A stretch of 64,000 bases of DNA from an uncultured Melioribacter sp. (GCA_964465685.1 CAYXKK010000001.1:229997-293996); one strand, 5' to 3'. Positions 53,301-63,050 are shown, counted from the stretch's first letter. Numbers and translations are program-made. Notes: generated from the letters alone by a model not told the origin.

Positions 53301-53783
53301 TGTGGTCTGCTCAGCGATGTGCGAACCAAACTCGATCGACGAGAAAACACGTTTGCTGTGTTGAAGATCGAGCAATACAACGGCAGCGCTGAAGCCATTT
53401 TGTGGAGTGAGGCGTACAAGAAGTTTGCCGAGTTGCTACGTCCCGACACCGTTATTGTTGTGCTCGGCAAGTGTGAGATCAACGGCGATGCAGCAAAGAT
53501 CATCGTTGACGAAGTCCTCTCTCTTGAGCAAGCAGAGAAGAAGTTCGCAAAGGGTTATGTGGTCTGCATCCGCCCCGATCGTGTGACTGATGATCACTTG
53601 CGAGAGCTGAAGGAACGATGCAACACGCGCGACGCTGAAGACAGCATCTCGTTCATCGTCATGCATCCCGAAGGCAAGCGTCAGTACCTTACAACGATGA
53701 AGATCAAAACGTCGAAGGAGAACACATCGTTTCTGTGTTCAACCTTCGGCGAAAGCAACGTGTTGATCGACACAGAACGCTAA
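50331..53783 (+). CDS. dnaE: DNA polymerase III alpha subunit
   Basis: MSFVHLHNHTHFSLLDAAA PHP domain start. 1150 aa with polymerase core, HhH and OB domains. Confidence 0.97.
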   Translation: MSFVHLHNHTHFSLLDAAASPQTLIDAAVKDGQKALAITDHGVMFGCFEFYKKAKKSGVKPIIGCEVYIAVRKHTDREKIQDAAKKRNYYHLVLLAKNEQGYKNLIKLTSIGHTHGYYYKPRIDMELLRQHHEGLIATSACLAGPINAPMLAGDVATARANAITLKEIFGDDFYIELQDHGLPEDKHVLEFAPKLAKELGIKLVVTNDAHYVRKEDAVAHNVLLHINKDASFARDGQFNVKTDLRYKVPEMYLKTQADMKKLFKDFAEGIESTEEIADKVDLTIPTDLQLPKFPIPADSDATTLEDYLEEITMKGLEERFPQLTSTILDRVSFELNVIRRMGYAGYFLIVWDFIRAARDMGVRVGPGRGSAAGSLVAYALGITNIDPLKYDLLFERFLNPDRVSMPDIDVDFSDDKRERVIEYVKEKYGADSVAQIITFGTLSSRAVLKDVGRVMGIDLATINSITDKIPVILGKVHSLSEAVELPELKWLKTTDDQRIKDMLEYAKTLEGFARNSSLHAAGVVIAPGPISDYVPVYKTPNTEPATQYNMKDLEEAGLLKMDFLGLRTLSIIDETLAQIKRNHGIDIDIDTIDFNDSATYELFARGQTLAIFQFESEPMQKALRELKPTVLDDLIAMNALYRPGPMGNIPDFIDRKHGRKPIEYLHPLMGPILEKTYGIIVYQEQVMQLVQTLAGFTLAQSDVMRRAMGKKDEKSMAEQRSKFVDGAKGHADINEATASEIFDLIQKFAAYGFNKSHSAAYSYLAFQTAWLKVHYPAEFLAANMTAELNDQDKIVRLIDEARRFSITVLPPDVNRSTATFVADNNVIYFGMAGIKTVGISAVDAIVEARKQQPFTSIFDFSARVEKKVVNRRVLEALVCTGAFDSLNTGHRAQLFSVIDTALHYASQVQDDALSNSASLFGAQEIEKPKEPSLPVIDPWPERDRLKKEREYLNFYISGHPLQEYALAVQSFSTLSLARIDPDLNGKTVRMCGLLSDVRTKLDRRENTFAVLKIEQYNGSAEAILWSEAYKKFAELLRPDTVIVVLGKCEINGDAAKIIVDEVLSLEQAEKKFAKGYVVCIRPDRVTDDHLRELKERCNTRDAEDSISFIVMHPEGKRQYLTTMKIKTSKENTSFLCSTFGESNVLIDTER

Positions 53784-53795
53784 CGTAGCCGTCCC

Positions 53796-55040
53796 ATGCA
53801 ACAACTTGCTTCTGCACTCGGTATCGTTGTGATCCTCGCCCTCGCCATTGCGTGGTCGTCCTCACGCAAAGACATTCCCTGGCGCACGGTTGTGTTTGGC
53901 ATGGTCCTACAGGTGGTACTTGCGGTAGGGATGGTGCTGTTTCCTCCTGGTGTTGCTGCGTTTCAGCACTTGGGTGATGGAATAACGTGGTTCTTGGGAT
54001 TTGCGCGTGAAGGAGCAGCATTTCTCTTTGGCGATCTTCCTCTTCCCAAGGGGCAAGGAGTCGTCGGCTTTCAGTTTGCGCTGACGATTCTCTCGGTGAT
54101 CGTATTCTTTTCTGCGTGCATGAGCGTTCTGTATCACTACGGCATCATGCAGCGATTTGTGCGGTGGTCTGCGCGACTGCTCGAACGTACGATGGGCACA
54201 TCTCCTATCGAATCGATCAATGCCGTTGGAGAAATCTTTCTCGGGCAGACAGAGTCGCCATTGCTTGTTCGACACTACATTCCGCATATCTCATCGTCGG
54301 AGCTCTTTGCAATGATGGTCGGCGGATTCGCTACGATCGCGGGTTCGACAATGGGCGTGTATGTAGCTCGTGGCATTGATGCGACCGACCTCATGATTGC
54401 ATCGATTCTCGCTGCACCGGCAGCACTGGTTCTTGCGAAGATTGCACAGCCACGTCTATCCGGAGAGCGGGATCTTGAGGTGCGTCAACTTGATCCCGTT
54501 GTTTCCTCAGGCAATGTGCTCGACGCAATCGCACATGGCGCTCTTGATGGCGCAAAGCTTGCACTGAACGTCGTCGTTGTCTTGATCGCCTTCAAAGCGC
54601 TCGTGGCATTCCTTGACGCACTGCTCGGACTTGGTGCAACGTCGTTAGCCACGGCCGGCGTGTCGTGGTTTCCATCGTCGATCGAGAGTATTCTCGGATG
54701 GTGTTTCTTACCGTTTGCCTGGCTGACCGGGATTCCCGGGCATGAGGCCTCGGCCTTCGCGTCATTGCTCGGTACGAAGATTGCAATGACGGAGTTCATC
54801 GCCTATGACCGGCTAGCAACAATGGTTGCTGACGGAACCCTAAGTGAGCGCACCGTGCGACTTGCAACTATCGCACTCTGTGGCTTCGCCAACGTCATGT
54901 CGATTGGCATTCAGATCGGTGGATACGGAATGATGGCTCCTGATCGCCGTGCAGAAGTCGCTCGCTTCGGATTCAAGGCCATGTGCATCGGTGCACTGGC
55001 TAACCTACTAACAGCGTGTGTCGTCGGACTTATGATTTAA
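53796..55040 (+). CDS. Concentrative nucleoside transporter (NupC/CNT family)
   Basis: Polytopic membrane protein with conserved CNT N- and C-terminal regions (GEIFLGQTESPLLVRHY..., GFANVMSIGIQIGG). Confidence 0.8.
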   Translation: MQQLASALGIVVILALAIAWSSSRKDIPWRTVVFGMVLQVVLAVGMVLFPPGVAAFQHLGDGITWFLGFAREGAAFLFGDLPLPKGQGVVGFQFALTILSVIVFFSACMSVLYHYGIMQRFVRWSARLLERTMGTSPIESINAVGEIFLGQTESPLLVRHYIPHISSSELFAMMVGGFATIAGSTMGVYVARGIDATDLMIASILAAPAALVLAKIAQPRLSGERDLEVRQLDPVVSSGNVLDAIAHGALDGAKLALNVVVVLIAFKALVAFLDALLGLGATSLATAGVSWFPSSIESILGWCFLPFAWLTGIPGHEASAFASLLGTKIAMTEFIAYDRLATMVADGTLSERTVRLATIALCGFANVMSIGIQIGGYGMMAPDRRAEVARFGFKAMCIGALANLLTACVVGLMI

Positions 55041-55043
55041 CGT

Positions 55044-55454
55044 TTACTTGGTGGAACGCTCGCGGATGAGGCGATCGATATCAACCTCGCCTTGCTCCCA
55101 TACATCATCAACACTGGCAAGCGTCTCGGTAATCAACACGTCAACATCTGCGTGTTCTAACTGCACTTGTTGAACAGCATGCGCATCTGTCGGTTGCTGC
55201 GTGACAGTGCCACCCGTCATAGTGATGAACAGCAACACTGCTGCAACTGCCCCACCTGCTCCGGTAAACCACACAAATGGTTGCTCATACCATGCACGAC
55301 GATGCACACGAACATATCGTTGCGCATAAGCGTCAGCATCTAGCTGATGTCGCAGGTGTTGCCGACTAGCAACGAGTTGATCTGCATCATCGCCAAGAAG
55401 CTCGCGCAGCTCGTTTTCAACGTCATTGTGCGGTGATGATTGATGCGTATTCAT
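55044..55454 (-). CDS. Anti-sigma factor-like membrane protein (hypothetical)
   Basis: Its start overlaps the stop of the upstream ECF sigma factor by 4 bp. Single TM helix (FVWFTGAGGAVAAVLLFITM) after a cytoplasmic N-terminal region. Confidence 0.5.
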   Translation of the reverse strand: MNTHQSSPHNDVENELRELLGDDADQLVASRQHLRHQLDADAYAQRYVRVHRRAWYEQPFVWFTGAGGAVAAVLLFITMTGGTVTQQPTDAHAVQQVQLEHADVDVLITETLASVDDVWEQGEVDIDRLIRERSTK

Positions 55455-56062
55455 GGTTGATCGGATGTTGGTTCCAAAAAGGATGGACGATACTCACTCG
55501 ACTTCATCGCTTCCGCGATCTTCTTGACTGCCCAATGGTAATTGGCCTTGAGTGCGCCCTCAGATGTGCCGGTAATCTCGTGCATCTCGGCATAGGACAA
55601 CTCGTCGAAGTACCGCATGCAGAATGCCTCACGCTGACGCTCAGGCAGAGCTGAGAGTACGACTTCGAGAAATGACTCGAGATCAGATCGATGAATGCTG
55701 TGGTCTGTATGCGACTGAACATCGCGCGCTTGCTGACGTTCCACATCGAAGTCGAGGCGCAATAACGACCGAAGCTTCGCACGACGAAGTGCTGACGTAC
55801 ATACATTGACGGTGATACGATAGAGCCACGTCTGCACAGAGCTTTGCTGCTGAAAGTTCTCTAATGATGCGAGCGCCCGAATCATGACCTCTTGGGCAGC
55901 ATCTTGCGCATCATCATGATCCCGCATGAAGCGTCGTGTGATCCCGTATACAAACCGCTGATGCTTCCGCACAAACGCGGAGCTTGCGCGTTCTCGATCT
56001 CCAGACCGGTAGGCTTCAAGGATCTGGAGATCTGTTTCCATATGCAGGTTGAGTGTGCTCAC
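55451..56062 (-). CDS. RNA polymerase ECF-type sigma-70 factor
   Basis: Region 2 (QEVMIRALASLENFQQQSSVQTWLYRITVN) and region 4 (ELSYAEMHEITGTSEGALKANYHWAVKKI) are present. The start is possibly at METDLQ (56041). Confidence 0.8.
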   Translation of the reverse strand: MSTLNLHMETDLQILEAYRSGDRERASSAFVRKHQRFVYGITRRFMRDHDDAQDAAQEVMIRALASLENFQQQSSVQTWLYRITVNVCTSALRRAKLRSLLRLDFDVERQQARDVQSHTDHSIHRSDLESFLEVVLSALPERQREAFCMRYFDELSYAEMHEITGTSEGALKANYHWAVKKIAEAMKSSEYRPSFLEPTSDQP

Positions 56063-56133
56063 AGCGTCATGGTGGTGATTACAACGTGTTTAGACACGCG
56101 GCGGCGTGCTATGGTTTAACAGGATCTTGAAGA

Positions 56134-57489
56134 TCATACACGAACGGCCTTCCAGCGGTTGCTGCGAAACACCGAGAGTGCGACCGCCGTGAACACGGCA
56201 TACCCTACTGCGATCGCGATCCAGACTCCCATGGGCCCCATAGATGTGGTGTGTCCCAATAGAAGGGCTAGTGGAAGCTGAATACCGAGCAAACTCCCAG
56301 CCGTGATCGTCATCGCAAGAAGCGAAGCACCCGCTCCCGAGAGCACGCGCACTGTCAGCAAGCCCGTTGAGAAGAACACGTAACCAATCACGGTAACATT
56401 GAGGTAACTCGTGGCTTCAGTGATAGTCTCCGGGTTCTGCGTATACAGTTTCACAAACGAGGTCCCGAATAGCCACACCGCTAGAGCGAGCACGAGCATC
56501 AACGCGCCGATCTGCACTATGGCGCTGCGATGAATCATCGCAACGCGCTCGGGACGTTGTGCGCCGATGTTTTGTCCGGTTGCTGTCTCTACGGCAATCC
56601 CCATGGCAAACACGCTCATATAGACCATCATGTCGATGTTGAGTCCGAGTGTGTATGCAGCTGTCACATGTGTACCGAAGCCAGCAACGATGGCGAAGAT
56701 CGCCGCACGATTGAGCGCAACGGAGAGCATCTGTAACGATGCGGGGAATCCTTGCTTTGCGACGCGACGCAGTAATGCCCCGTCAAGACGGAATTGAGAA
56801 AAATCAAGATGGATGTTTGTTGATCCACGAACAAGTGCTGTAAGTGCAATGGCCGTTCCGCTCATTTGCGACAGTGCGGTGGCCAGTCCAGCCCCCTTCA
56901 TTCCCATTTCCGGGAATGGTCCAATTCCGAAGATGAGGAACGGTGCGATGATCGCATTCAGAATCACCGTAATCACAAGCACCGACATAGGAAACACAGC
57001 GTTACCTGTCGAGCGGACAATGCTGAACATCTGGAAGTTCATCAGATTGAAGGTGAAGCCGATTAATAGCATACTGAGATACTCAACGCTGAGCGTTTCC
57101 ACCAACGTTTCCATCTGCATGACTGATGGAATAATCGGCAACAGCGCATACATGATCGCAGTCACACTCGCGGCCATGATGGCCATGCCGACGAGTGCTT
57201 GCGTGCCGGTTCGAGAGGCGCCTGTGCGGTCGCCCTCTCCAAACCGTCGGGCAACGATAATGCCACTGCCAACAGCGAAGCCGCTGACAAGGGTAAACAA
57301 CAGGAAGACGAGTTGATCACTAGAGCCAATGGCAGCAATTGCAGCATCACCAAGACGAGACACGTAGAAACGATCAATCAACGAATACACCATGTTGACG
57401 ATGAAACTAAAGCCCAACGGCACTGCAAACCGTCGCAGTGACGGTCCGATGGGATCGTTGATTAAGTCGACACGGCGGGGTGTAGTCAT
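56134..57489 (-). CDS. MATE-family multidrug/oligosaccharidyl-lipid efflux transporter
   Basis: ATG at 57489 gives MTTPRRVDLINDPIGPSLRRFAVPLGFSFIVNMVY, followed by 12 TM helices. The ORF track's 209-aa N-terminal extension (to 58116) is Cys/Arg-rich junk antisense to the GT2 gene. Confidence 0.8.
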   Translation of the reverse strand: MTTPRRVDLINDPIGPSLRRFAVPLGFSFIVNMVYSLIDRFYVSRLGDAAIAAIGSSDQLVFLLFTLVSGFAVGSGIIVARRFGEGDRTGASRTGTQALVGMAIMAASVTAIMYALLPIIPSVMQMETLVETLSVEYLSMLLIGFTFNLMNFQMFSIVRSTGNAVFPMSVLVITVILNAIIAPFLIFGIGPFPEMGMKGAGLATALSQMSGTAIALTALVRGSTNIHLDFSQFRLDGALLRRVAKQGFPASLQMLSVALNRAAIFAIVAGFGTHVTAAYTLGLNIDMMVYMSVFAMGIAVETATGQNIGAQRPERVAMIHRSAIVQIGALMLVLALAVWLFGTSFVKLYTQNPETITEATSYLNVTVIGYVFFSTGLLTVRVLSGAGASLLAMTITAGSLLGIQLPLALLLGHTTSMGPMGVWIAIAVGYAVFTAVALSVFRSNRWKAVRV

Positions 57490-57555
57490 GTTCCCAGCAT
57501 TGATGAATGTTTCGTAATGGTGTACAAATCTACTGCGGGGTAACTTGCGCGACGT

Positions 57556-58671
57556 ATGAGTGACGTAGCGATCAACGGAATCTTGGCAGGGGCAAGTGGC
57601 ATTTATGCCCTGCGCCTCGCGTTCTTTTTGATCGGTCAGTCTCGATCGCCTGTGTCGCCCCCAATCGCAGTGCACACACCGTCGATCAGCATTATCGTTC
57701 CGGCACGCAACGAAGAAGACAATATCGTGCGGTGTATTGAGTCGCTTCAAGCTGCAATCCAGCATATCGATGCCGTTGAGATCGTCATTGTGAACGACCG
57801 TAGCACCGATCGCACTGGCGAACGCATCGATGAGTTGGCACAGCACGATCGACGTATTCGTCCACTTCACCGCACCGCAGCCTCTACAGACCGTAATCTT
57901 CAAGGCAAGCCGGGAGCGCTGCAGTATGGCATCGATCATGCAGTAGGCGACATCATACTCCTCACCGACGCAGATTGCACAGTTGATGCGCAGTGGGTGA
58001 CGGCAATGAGCGAGCCATTTGTCGATCCTACTGTGGGCATGGTATGTGGCTTTACCACAATCCGCCCCGACGGACCCTTTGCAACGATCCAAGATGTTGA
58101 GTGGCTCTACACGCACACGATGGCGCGTGCAGGACTACAGAACGGCACGCCACTGGGCTGCTTTGGTAACAACATGGCCCTGCGGCGCAGCGCCATGAAA
58201 GCGATTGGCGGATACGGTGCAATTCCATTCAGCCTTACTGAAGACCTTGCGTTGCTTCAAGCAATGGCCTCACATGGCTTTGGTATCCGGTACCTCTGTG
58301 AACGTCACGCAACGGTTGAAACGCTCGCTTGCACGACCTTTGCCGAGTACGTCAAGCAGAAGCATCGCTGGGTACGTGGCGGCATAGCTCTTGGTTGGAA
58401 GGCCGTCGCCTTCGTTGTCAGCAGCGCAAGTGTATGGTTGGGTCTCGTCCTTGCGATCTCCACATCAGCGTGGAGTTGGGTTATCATTCTCGCAGGCTTG
58501 CGCATCCTCGGTGACGGACTTCTTATCGCACTGTCTGCGATACGTGTTGGAAAGCGTTCAATTGTTCCCGCAATCGGTCCATCACTGCTGGTTCTGCTCG
58601 GACTCGAGCTCATCTTACCACTGCTCACATTACGCCGTGATGTTGTGTGGAAGGGACAAACGTTTCGTTAG
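57556..58671 (+). CDS. Family-2 glycosyltransferase with C-terminal transmembrane region
   Basis: SIIVPARNEE, DRSTD and LTDADC (DxD) motifs are present. The C-terminal ~120 aa are hydrophobic. Confidence 0.75.
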   Translation: MSDVAINGILAGASGIYALRLAFFLIGQSRSPVSPPIAVHTPSISIIVPARNEEDNIVRCIESLQAAIQHIDAVEIVIVNDRSTDRTGERIDELAQHDRRIRPLHRTAASTDRNLQGKPGALQYGIDHAVGDIILLTDADCTVDAQWVTAMSEPFVDPTVGMVCGFTTIRPDGPFATIQDVEWLYTHTMARAGLQNGTPLGCFGNNMALRRSAMKAIGGYGAIPFSLTEDLALLQAMASHGFGIRYLCERHATVETLACTTFAEYVKQKHRWVRGGIALGWKAVAFVVSSASVWLGLVLAISTSAWSWVIILAGLRILGDGLLIALSAIRVGKRSIVPAIGPSLLVLLGLELILPLLTLRRDVVWKGQTFR

Positions 58672-61307
58672 AAACGCGTGACTTCTTCCACAAGATGCAG
58701 CAGCGAGACGTACTGTATGCCCATCGTCTTCGCAAGTGCACCTTCACAAAGCGCGTTGGCAGAAACGCCGAGTGAAATGGTCGACGGCAACTGCTGCTTT
58801 GCAGAAGCGTTCGCAGCATGAATCAACTCGGGATGGAGGATTCCCCTATCACCACCCATTCCACAACAGCTATGGTCAACAGGCAGGTAGGTCGCCACGG
58901 CGCATAGTTCTGCGATTCGGATGAAGGCCTCGGTGCGTCCAAGCTTTGCACTACCACAGCCAGGATGGATCGCAACTGATGTACGCCGATGTCGAATCGG
59001 AGTGCGTTGCAAGACGAGCTCGGCGAATGCTGTTTGGTCGAGTACACGTATACCCCGTGCTCGACACGCGTCGATCATCGCTGCTGCGCATGTCGACGCA
59101 TCGATCAACACGGGCATGTCACGCTTGCAAACAATGGACTCAATACGACGGAGCAACTCTTCTTGCGCCGCATTGGAAGCATCCTCGAGTCCTTTCGACG
59201 CAAAGGGCTGTCCACAGCAACTGGTGCCCGATATCGCTTGCACGCGTATGCCTGCACGCTCAGCAAGCATGAGAATCACCTCGTCGAGACTATCGCGATC
59301 GCGCTCTCCACCAAACCACCTGCTCGGACATGTTTGCACATAGAGCATGTGCGGATCGTTCTGACGTGAGCGTTTGACTGCATGGTGCGACCCATAGCGT
59401 TTCCATACACTCGTAACGGCACGCATGCCAAGATGCACAAGCGACATGCGTCGTGCAATCGTGCTGGCAAGCCGGTGCACAAGCGTTGGTGTCGCCTTCG
59501 CTCGCAGATGCTTGATCATGTCACCCGTGTTGATGCCAACAGGACACACTGTAGCACACATGCCATCGGTAGCGCAACTTCCATCGCCATCATAAGCGAA
59601 CGAGCGTGTGAGGTCTTTCAGGATTTCGGGATTGTCGTGATGCATGAGCATCTCACGCTGTAGCACAATTCTCTGTCGTGGCGTGAGCGTGTGCGCGCGT
59701 GTTGGACAGACGTGTTCACAGAATCCGCATTCGATGCACAGATCTTCCTTTGGTCGGATCGTCTCGTCACGTGGGTCGACAAGTGCTGGAACTGGTTTAA
59801 TGTCCCGTACGTGCACCATCGGGTCGTCATTGAGGATTACGCCGGGATTGAGAATTCCGTCCGGATCGAGTATGCGCTTGACACGTCGCATAACGTCGAA
59901 TGCAACGCTTCCCCACTCCTGTTCGACGAATGGGGCCATGTTGCGTCCTGTACCATGCTCAGCCTTGAGCGAGCCCTGATAGCGGTCAACAACGATCTCC
60001 GCAATGCGTCGCATGAAGCGATCGTATCGCTCTGTATCAGCATCTGTCTCAAATGCTTGATGCAGTACGAAATGGATATTACCATCCTTGGCATGACCAA
60101 AGATGACGCCATCATGGTAGGAGAACTCACGGAAGGCGGATTGCACATCACGTATGAGTGACGCGAGGTGTTCAGGGGGCACAGCAATGTCTTCGTTGAT
60201 CATCGTTGTACCTACAGGTCGCATCGACCCCACCGTTGGCATTAGACCCTTGCGCACTCTCCAGAGCACTGCTTGCTCGGATGTTGTCGTTGCCCATGTT
60301 ACACCGTCAGCATGCGGCGGTTGGACATCCTGGAATTCAACAAGCAACGCAGCTGCACCGTCCTGCACGATTCGTAGCGATACGGGTGTTGTTGGTAGAT
60401 GTGCCACTGAGCGCAGCGAAGCGTCGTCCAAGATCTCAATGGCGGCTGCACCATGATTGCGCCAGAACGTCACAGCCTCCGCAGCTTCATCAAGCGTTGC
60501 ATAGAGAACAATCGTCGTCCATGTCTTGGTCGCTGCTGGGACCGTCCGTAGCGTCACGGATTCAATAAAGCCAAGCGTTCCTTCACTGCCAATCAAGAGT
60601 CGTGCGATGATTCGTGCTGGCTGATCCTCATCGAGGAATGCATTGAGCGAATAGCCCATCGTGTTCTTGATGGCATACTTGCGGCGGATTGTTGCGACAA
60701 GGTCTGCATTGCCACGTACTTCATCGCGCAGAGCCTTGAGCTCTCGGTGGAGCTTTGGTGCCGCGGACGCAAGCATCGAATCCGCACGTTCGTGTGCAGT
60801 GTTGATGCGGATACCCGATGCGAGCTGGTATTCCATCGTATCGAGTGTGTTGTAGGAATTCTGCTGCGTACCACAGCACATCCCCGACGCGTTGTTGGCG
60901 ACAATACCACCAATCATTGCAGCAATTATCGACGCGGGGTCGGGTCCGAGCTTCGCGCCAAAGGGACGCAGCATCGCATTAACGCGAGCACCCGTTATCC
61001 CTGGCTGCATGCGAACGCGAGCGCCATTCTCGAGCACCTCGCACTTCGTCCAATCTCGAGAGATATCGGCAAGCACGTGGTGCGACAGAGCTTGTCCTGA
61101 CAAACTCGTACCTGCAGCGCGGAACGTTACTGCAGACTTGTTGGTGATACACCAGCGAAGAAGTGCCGTTATGTGTTGTGGCGTCGCAGGACGCACAACA
61201 ACCTCGGGTACGATGCGATACAACGAGGCGTCGTGCGCAAACGCAAGTCGGTCGGCGTACGACGTACGAACTCGGTCAGCACCTAGTAGTCGCTTCAGCT
61301 CGTCCAC
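58668..61307 (-). CDS. FAD-linked oxidase fused to Fe-S/CCG domains (YdiJ / GlcD-GlcF-fusion-like 2-hydroxyacid dehydrogenase)
   Basis: N-terminal FAD-binding PCMH domain (VVRPATPQHITALLRWC...). A 4Fe-4S motif, CIECGFCEHVCP, sits in the middle. Two CCG-type Cys-rich domains are at the C-terminus. 879 aa. Confidence 0.8.
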   Translation of the reverse strand: MDELKRLLGADRVRTSYADRLAFAHDASLYRIVPEVVVRPATPQHITALLRWCITNKSAVTFRAAGTSLSGQALSHHVLADISRDWTKCEVLENGARVRMQPGITGARVNAMLRPFGAKLGPDPASIIAAMIGGIVANNASGMCCGTQQNSYNTLDTMEYQLASGIRINTAHERADSMLASAAPKLHRELKALRDEVRGNADLVATIRRKYAIKNTMGYSLNAFLDEDQPARIIARLLIGSEGTLGFIESVTLRTVPAATKTWTTIVLYATLDEAAEAVTFWRNHGAAAIEILDDASLRSVAHLPTTPVSLRIVQDGAAALLVEFQDVQPPHADGVTWATTTSEQAVLWRVRKGLMPTVGSMRPVGTTMINEDIAVPPEHLASLIRDVQSAFREFSYHDGVIFGHAKDGNIHFVLHQAFETDADTERYDRFMRRIAEIVVDRYQGSLKAEHGTGRNMAPFVEQEWGSVAFDVMRRVKRILDPDGILNPGVILNDDPMVHVRDIKPVPALVDPRDETIRPKEDLCIECGFCEHVCPTRAHTLTPRQRIVLQREMLMHHDNPEILKDLTRSFAYDGDGSCATDGMCATVCPVGINTGDMIKHLRAKATPTLVHRLASTIARRMSLVHLGMRAVTSVWKRYGSHHAVKRSRQNDPHMLYVQTCPSRWFGGERDRDSLDEVILMLAERAGIRVQAISGTSCCGQPFASKGLEDASNAAQEELLRRIESIVCKRDMPVLIDASTCAAAMIDACRARGIRVLDQTAFAELVLQRTPIRHRRTSVAIHPGCGSAKLGRTEAFIRIAELCAVATYLPVDHSCCGMGGDRGILHPELIHAANASAKQQLPSTISLGVSANALCEGALAKTMGIQYVSLLHLVEEVTRF

Positions 61308-61308
61308 A

Positions 61309-63006
61309 TCACACCTGGAAGACGCCGTTCTTAGGTTCTGGGAGAGCCCCTTGATGCGAGGCTACAGCTATGCCACGTGAAATCACGTCACGTGTTTCTG
61401 TTGGGTCGATGATTCCATCAACCCAAAGGCGTGATGCTGCGTAGATCGGTGTCGTTGTTGCATCGTACTTGGCTTGGATCTCACGCAACATCGTTTGCTG
61501 TTGCTCTTGTGTGAGCTTTTCCCCCGTCTTCTCAAGTGATGCGACGCGAATACTCAATAGCGTCTTCGCTGCTTGCGAGCCACCCATGACGGCGATCTGT
61601 GCCGTAGGCCATGCGTAAATCAGACGTGGATCATAGGCCTTACCACACATGGCATAATTGCCTGCACCGTAGGAGTTACCCATGATGATGGTGAACTTCG
61701 GCACAACGCTATTAGCCACCGCATTGACAAGCTTCGCGCCATCCTTGATGATGCCACCTTGCTCAGCACGAGTGCCCACCATAAAGCCAGTGACATCCTG
61801 CAGGAACACCAATGGAATGCCACGTTGATTGCAGTTGAGAATGAACCGCGCAGCTTTATCAGCCGAGTCAGAGTAGATCACTCCACCGACTTGCATCTCG
61901 CCTTTGCCCGAACGTGTGATCTCACGGTTGTTGGCAACGATACCAACGGCCCATCCATCGATGCGTGCGTATCCGCACAGAATCGTCTGTCCGTACCCTG
62001 CTTTGTATTCATCGAACTGTGAACCATCAACCAAGCGTGCAATGATCTGACGTGTGTTGTATGGCTTTGCACGATCGGCGGGCATGATGCCAAGGATTTC
62101 TTCGGGATCATGCAGTGGAGCCACAGGTTCAATGCGCGAGAAGAGCGCTGACTTCCCCTTCGACGGAGCGAACTTGTCGACGAGTGAGCGAATCGTTGAT
62201 AGAGCCTCTTCATCAGAGTCTACCTTGTAATCAACGACACCGCTTACCGTACTGTGCATCGTTGCACCGCCCAGTGGTTCAATATCTGTCTTCTCACCGA
62301 TTGCTGCTTCCACAAGAGCAGGTCCTGCAAGGAACACGCTACCTGTTCCGTTGACGATGAGCGCTTCATCACTCATGATGGGCAGGTATGCACCACCGGC
62401 AACGCACGGACCCATGATTGCGGCGATTTGCGGAATGCCCATCGCGCTCATAATCGCATTATTGCGAAACTGACGTCCGAAGTGCTCCTTGTCGGGAAAG
62501 ATCTCGTCTTGCATCGGCAGGTACACACCCGCAGAGTCAACGAGGTAGATGATCGGCAGGTGATTGTCAATCGCAATCTCTTGCGCTCGCATGTTTTTCT
62601 TTGCCGTCATTGGGAACCACGCCCCAGCCTTTACAGTGGCATCATTGGCGACGATCATACACTCGCGTCCGTGGATGATGCCGATACCAGCTACCACACC
62701 CGCAGACGGACAGCCGCCCTCGGCTTGATACATGTCGTGCGCTGTGAACAATCCAACCTCAAGGAACGACGACTCTGCATCGATCAGCAGCTGGATACGC
62801 TCGCGCGCTGTCAGCTTGCCTTTTGCCTTGTGACGTTCAATGGCCTTTGCTCCGCCACCCTGCATCACCACATGCCCCTTCGCTTGAATCACGCGGGAGA
62901 TGTTCTTGTTGGCATCAGCATTCGCCTCGAACACAATGTCATGCTCGATCGGTGAACCAATGATGTTGCTCATAACGGGCTTGGTAAGATGGTTCGGAAA
63001 CAACAA
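61309..63006 (-). CDS. Acyl-CoA carboxylase carboxyltransferase subunit, methylcrotonoyl-CoA-carboxylase-beta (MccB/LiuB/AtuC) type
   Basis: GGGAKAIERHKAKGKLTARERI...CMIVANDATVKAGAWFPMTAKKNMRAQEIA...DEIFPDKEHFGRQF... resembles the MCC-beta branch rather than the PccB branch. No biotin-carboxylase subunit is adjacent. The start is possibly the internal Met at 62970. Confidence 0.8.
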   Translation of the reverse strand: MLFPNHLTKPVMSNIIGSPIEHDIVFEANADANKNISRVIQAKGHVVMQGGGAKAIERHKAKGKLTARERIQLLIDAESSFLEVGLFTAHDMYQAEGGCPSAGVVAGIGIIHGRECMIVANDATVKAGAWFPMTAKKNMRAQEIAIDNHLPIIYLVDSAGVYLPMQDEIFPDKEHFGRQFRNNAIMSAMGIPQIAAIMGPCVAGGAYLPIMSDEALIVNGTGSVFLAGPALVEAAIGEKTDIEPLGGATMHSTVSGVVDYKVDSDEEALSTIRSLVDKFAPSKGKSALFSRIEPVAPLHDPEEILGIMPADRAKPYNTRQIIARLVDGSQFDEYKAGYGQTILCGYARIDGWAVGIVANNREITRSGKGEMQVGGVIYSDSADKAARFILNCNQRGIPLVFLQDVTGFMVGTRAEQGGIIKDGAKLVNAVANSVVPKFTIIMGNSYGAGNYAMCGKAYDPRLIYAWPTAQIAVMGGSQAAKTLLSIRVASLEKTGEKLTQEQQQTMLREIQAKYDATTTPIYAASRLWVDGIIDPTETRDVISRGIAVASHQGALPEPKNGVFQV

Positions 63007-63050
63007 AGGCGCTCCAATGGAACGCCTTCGATTACTGAGTTCAGTCGTGA

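Noticed and set aside
56134-58116. 660-aa ORF suggesting a MATE transporter with a 209-aa Cys/His/Arg-rich N-terminal domain
   Set aside because: The extension is antisense to the well-supported GT2 gene (57556-58671) and has no domain character. An in-frame ATG at 57489 gives a normal MATE N-terminus.
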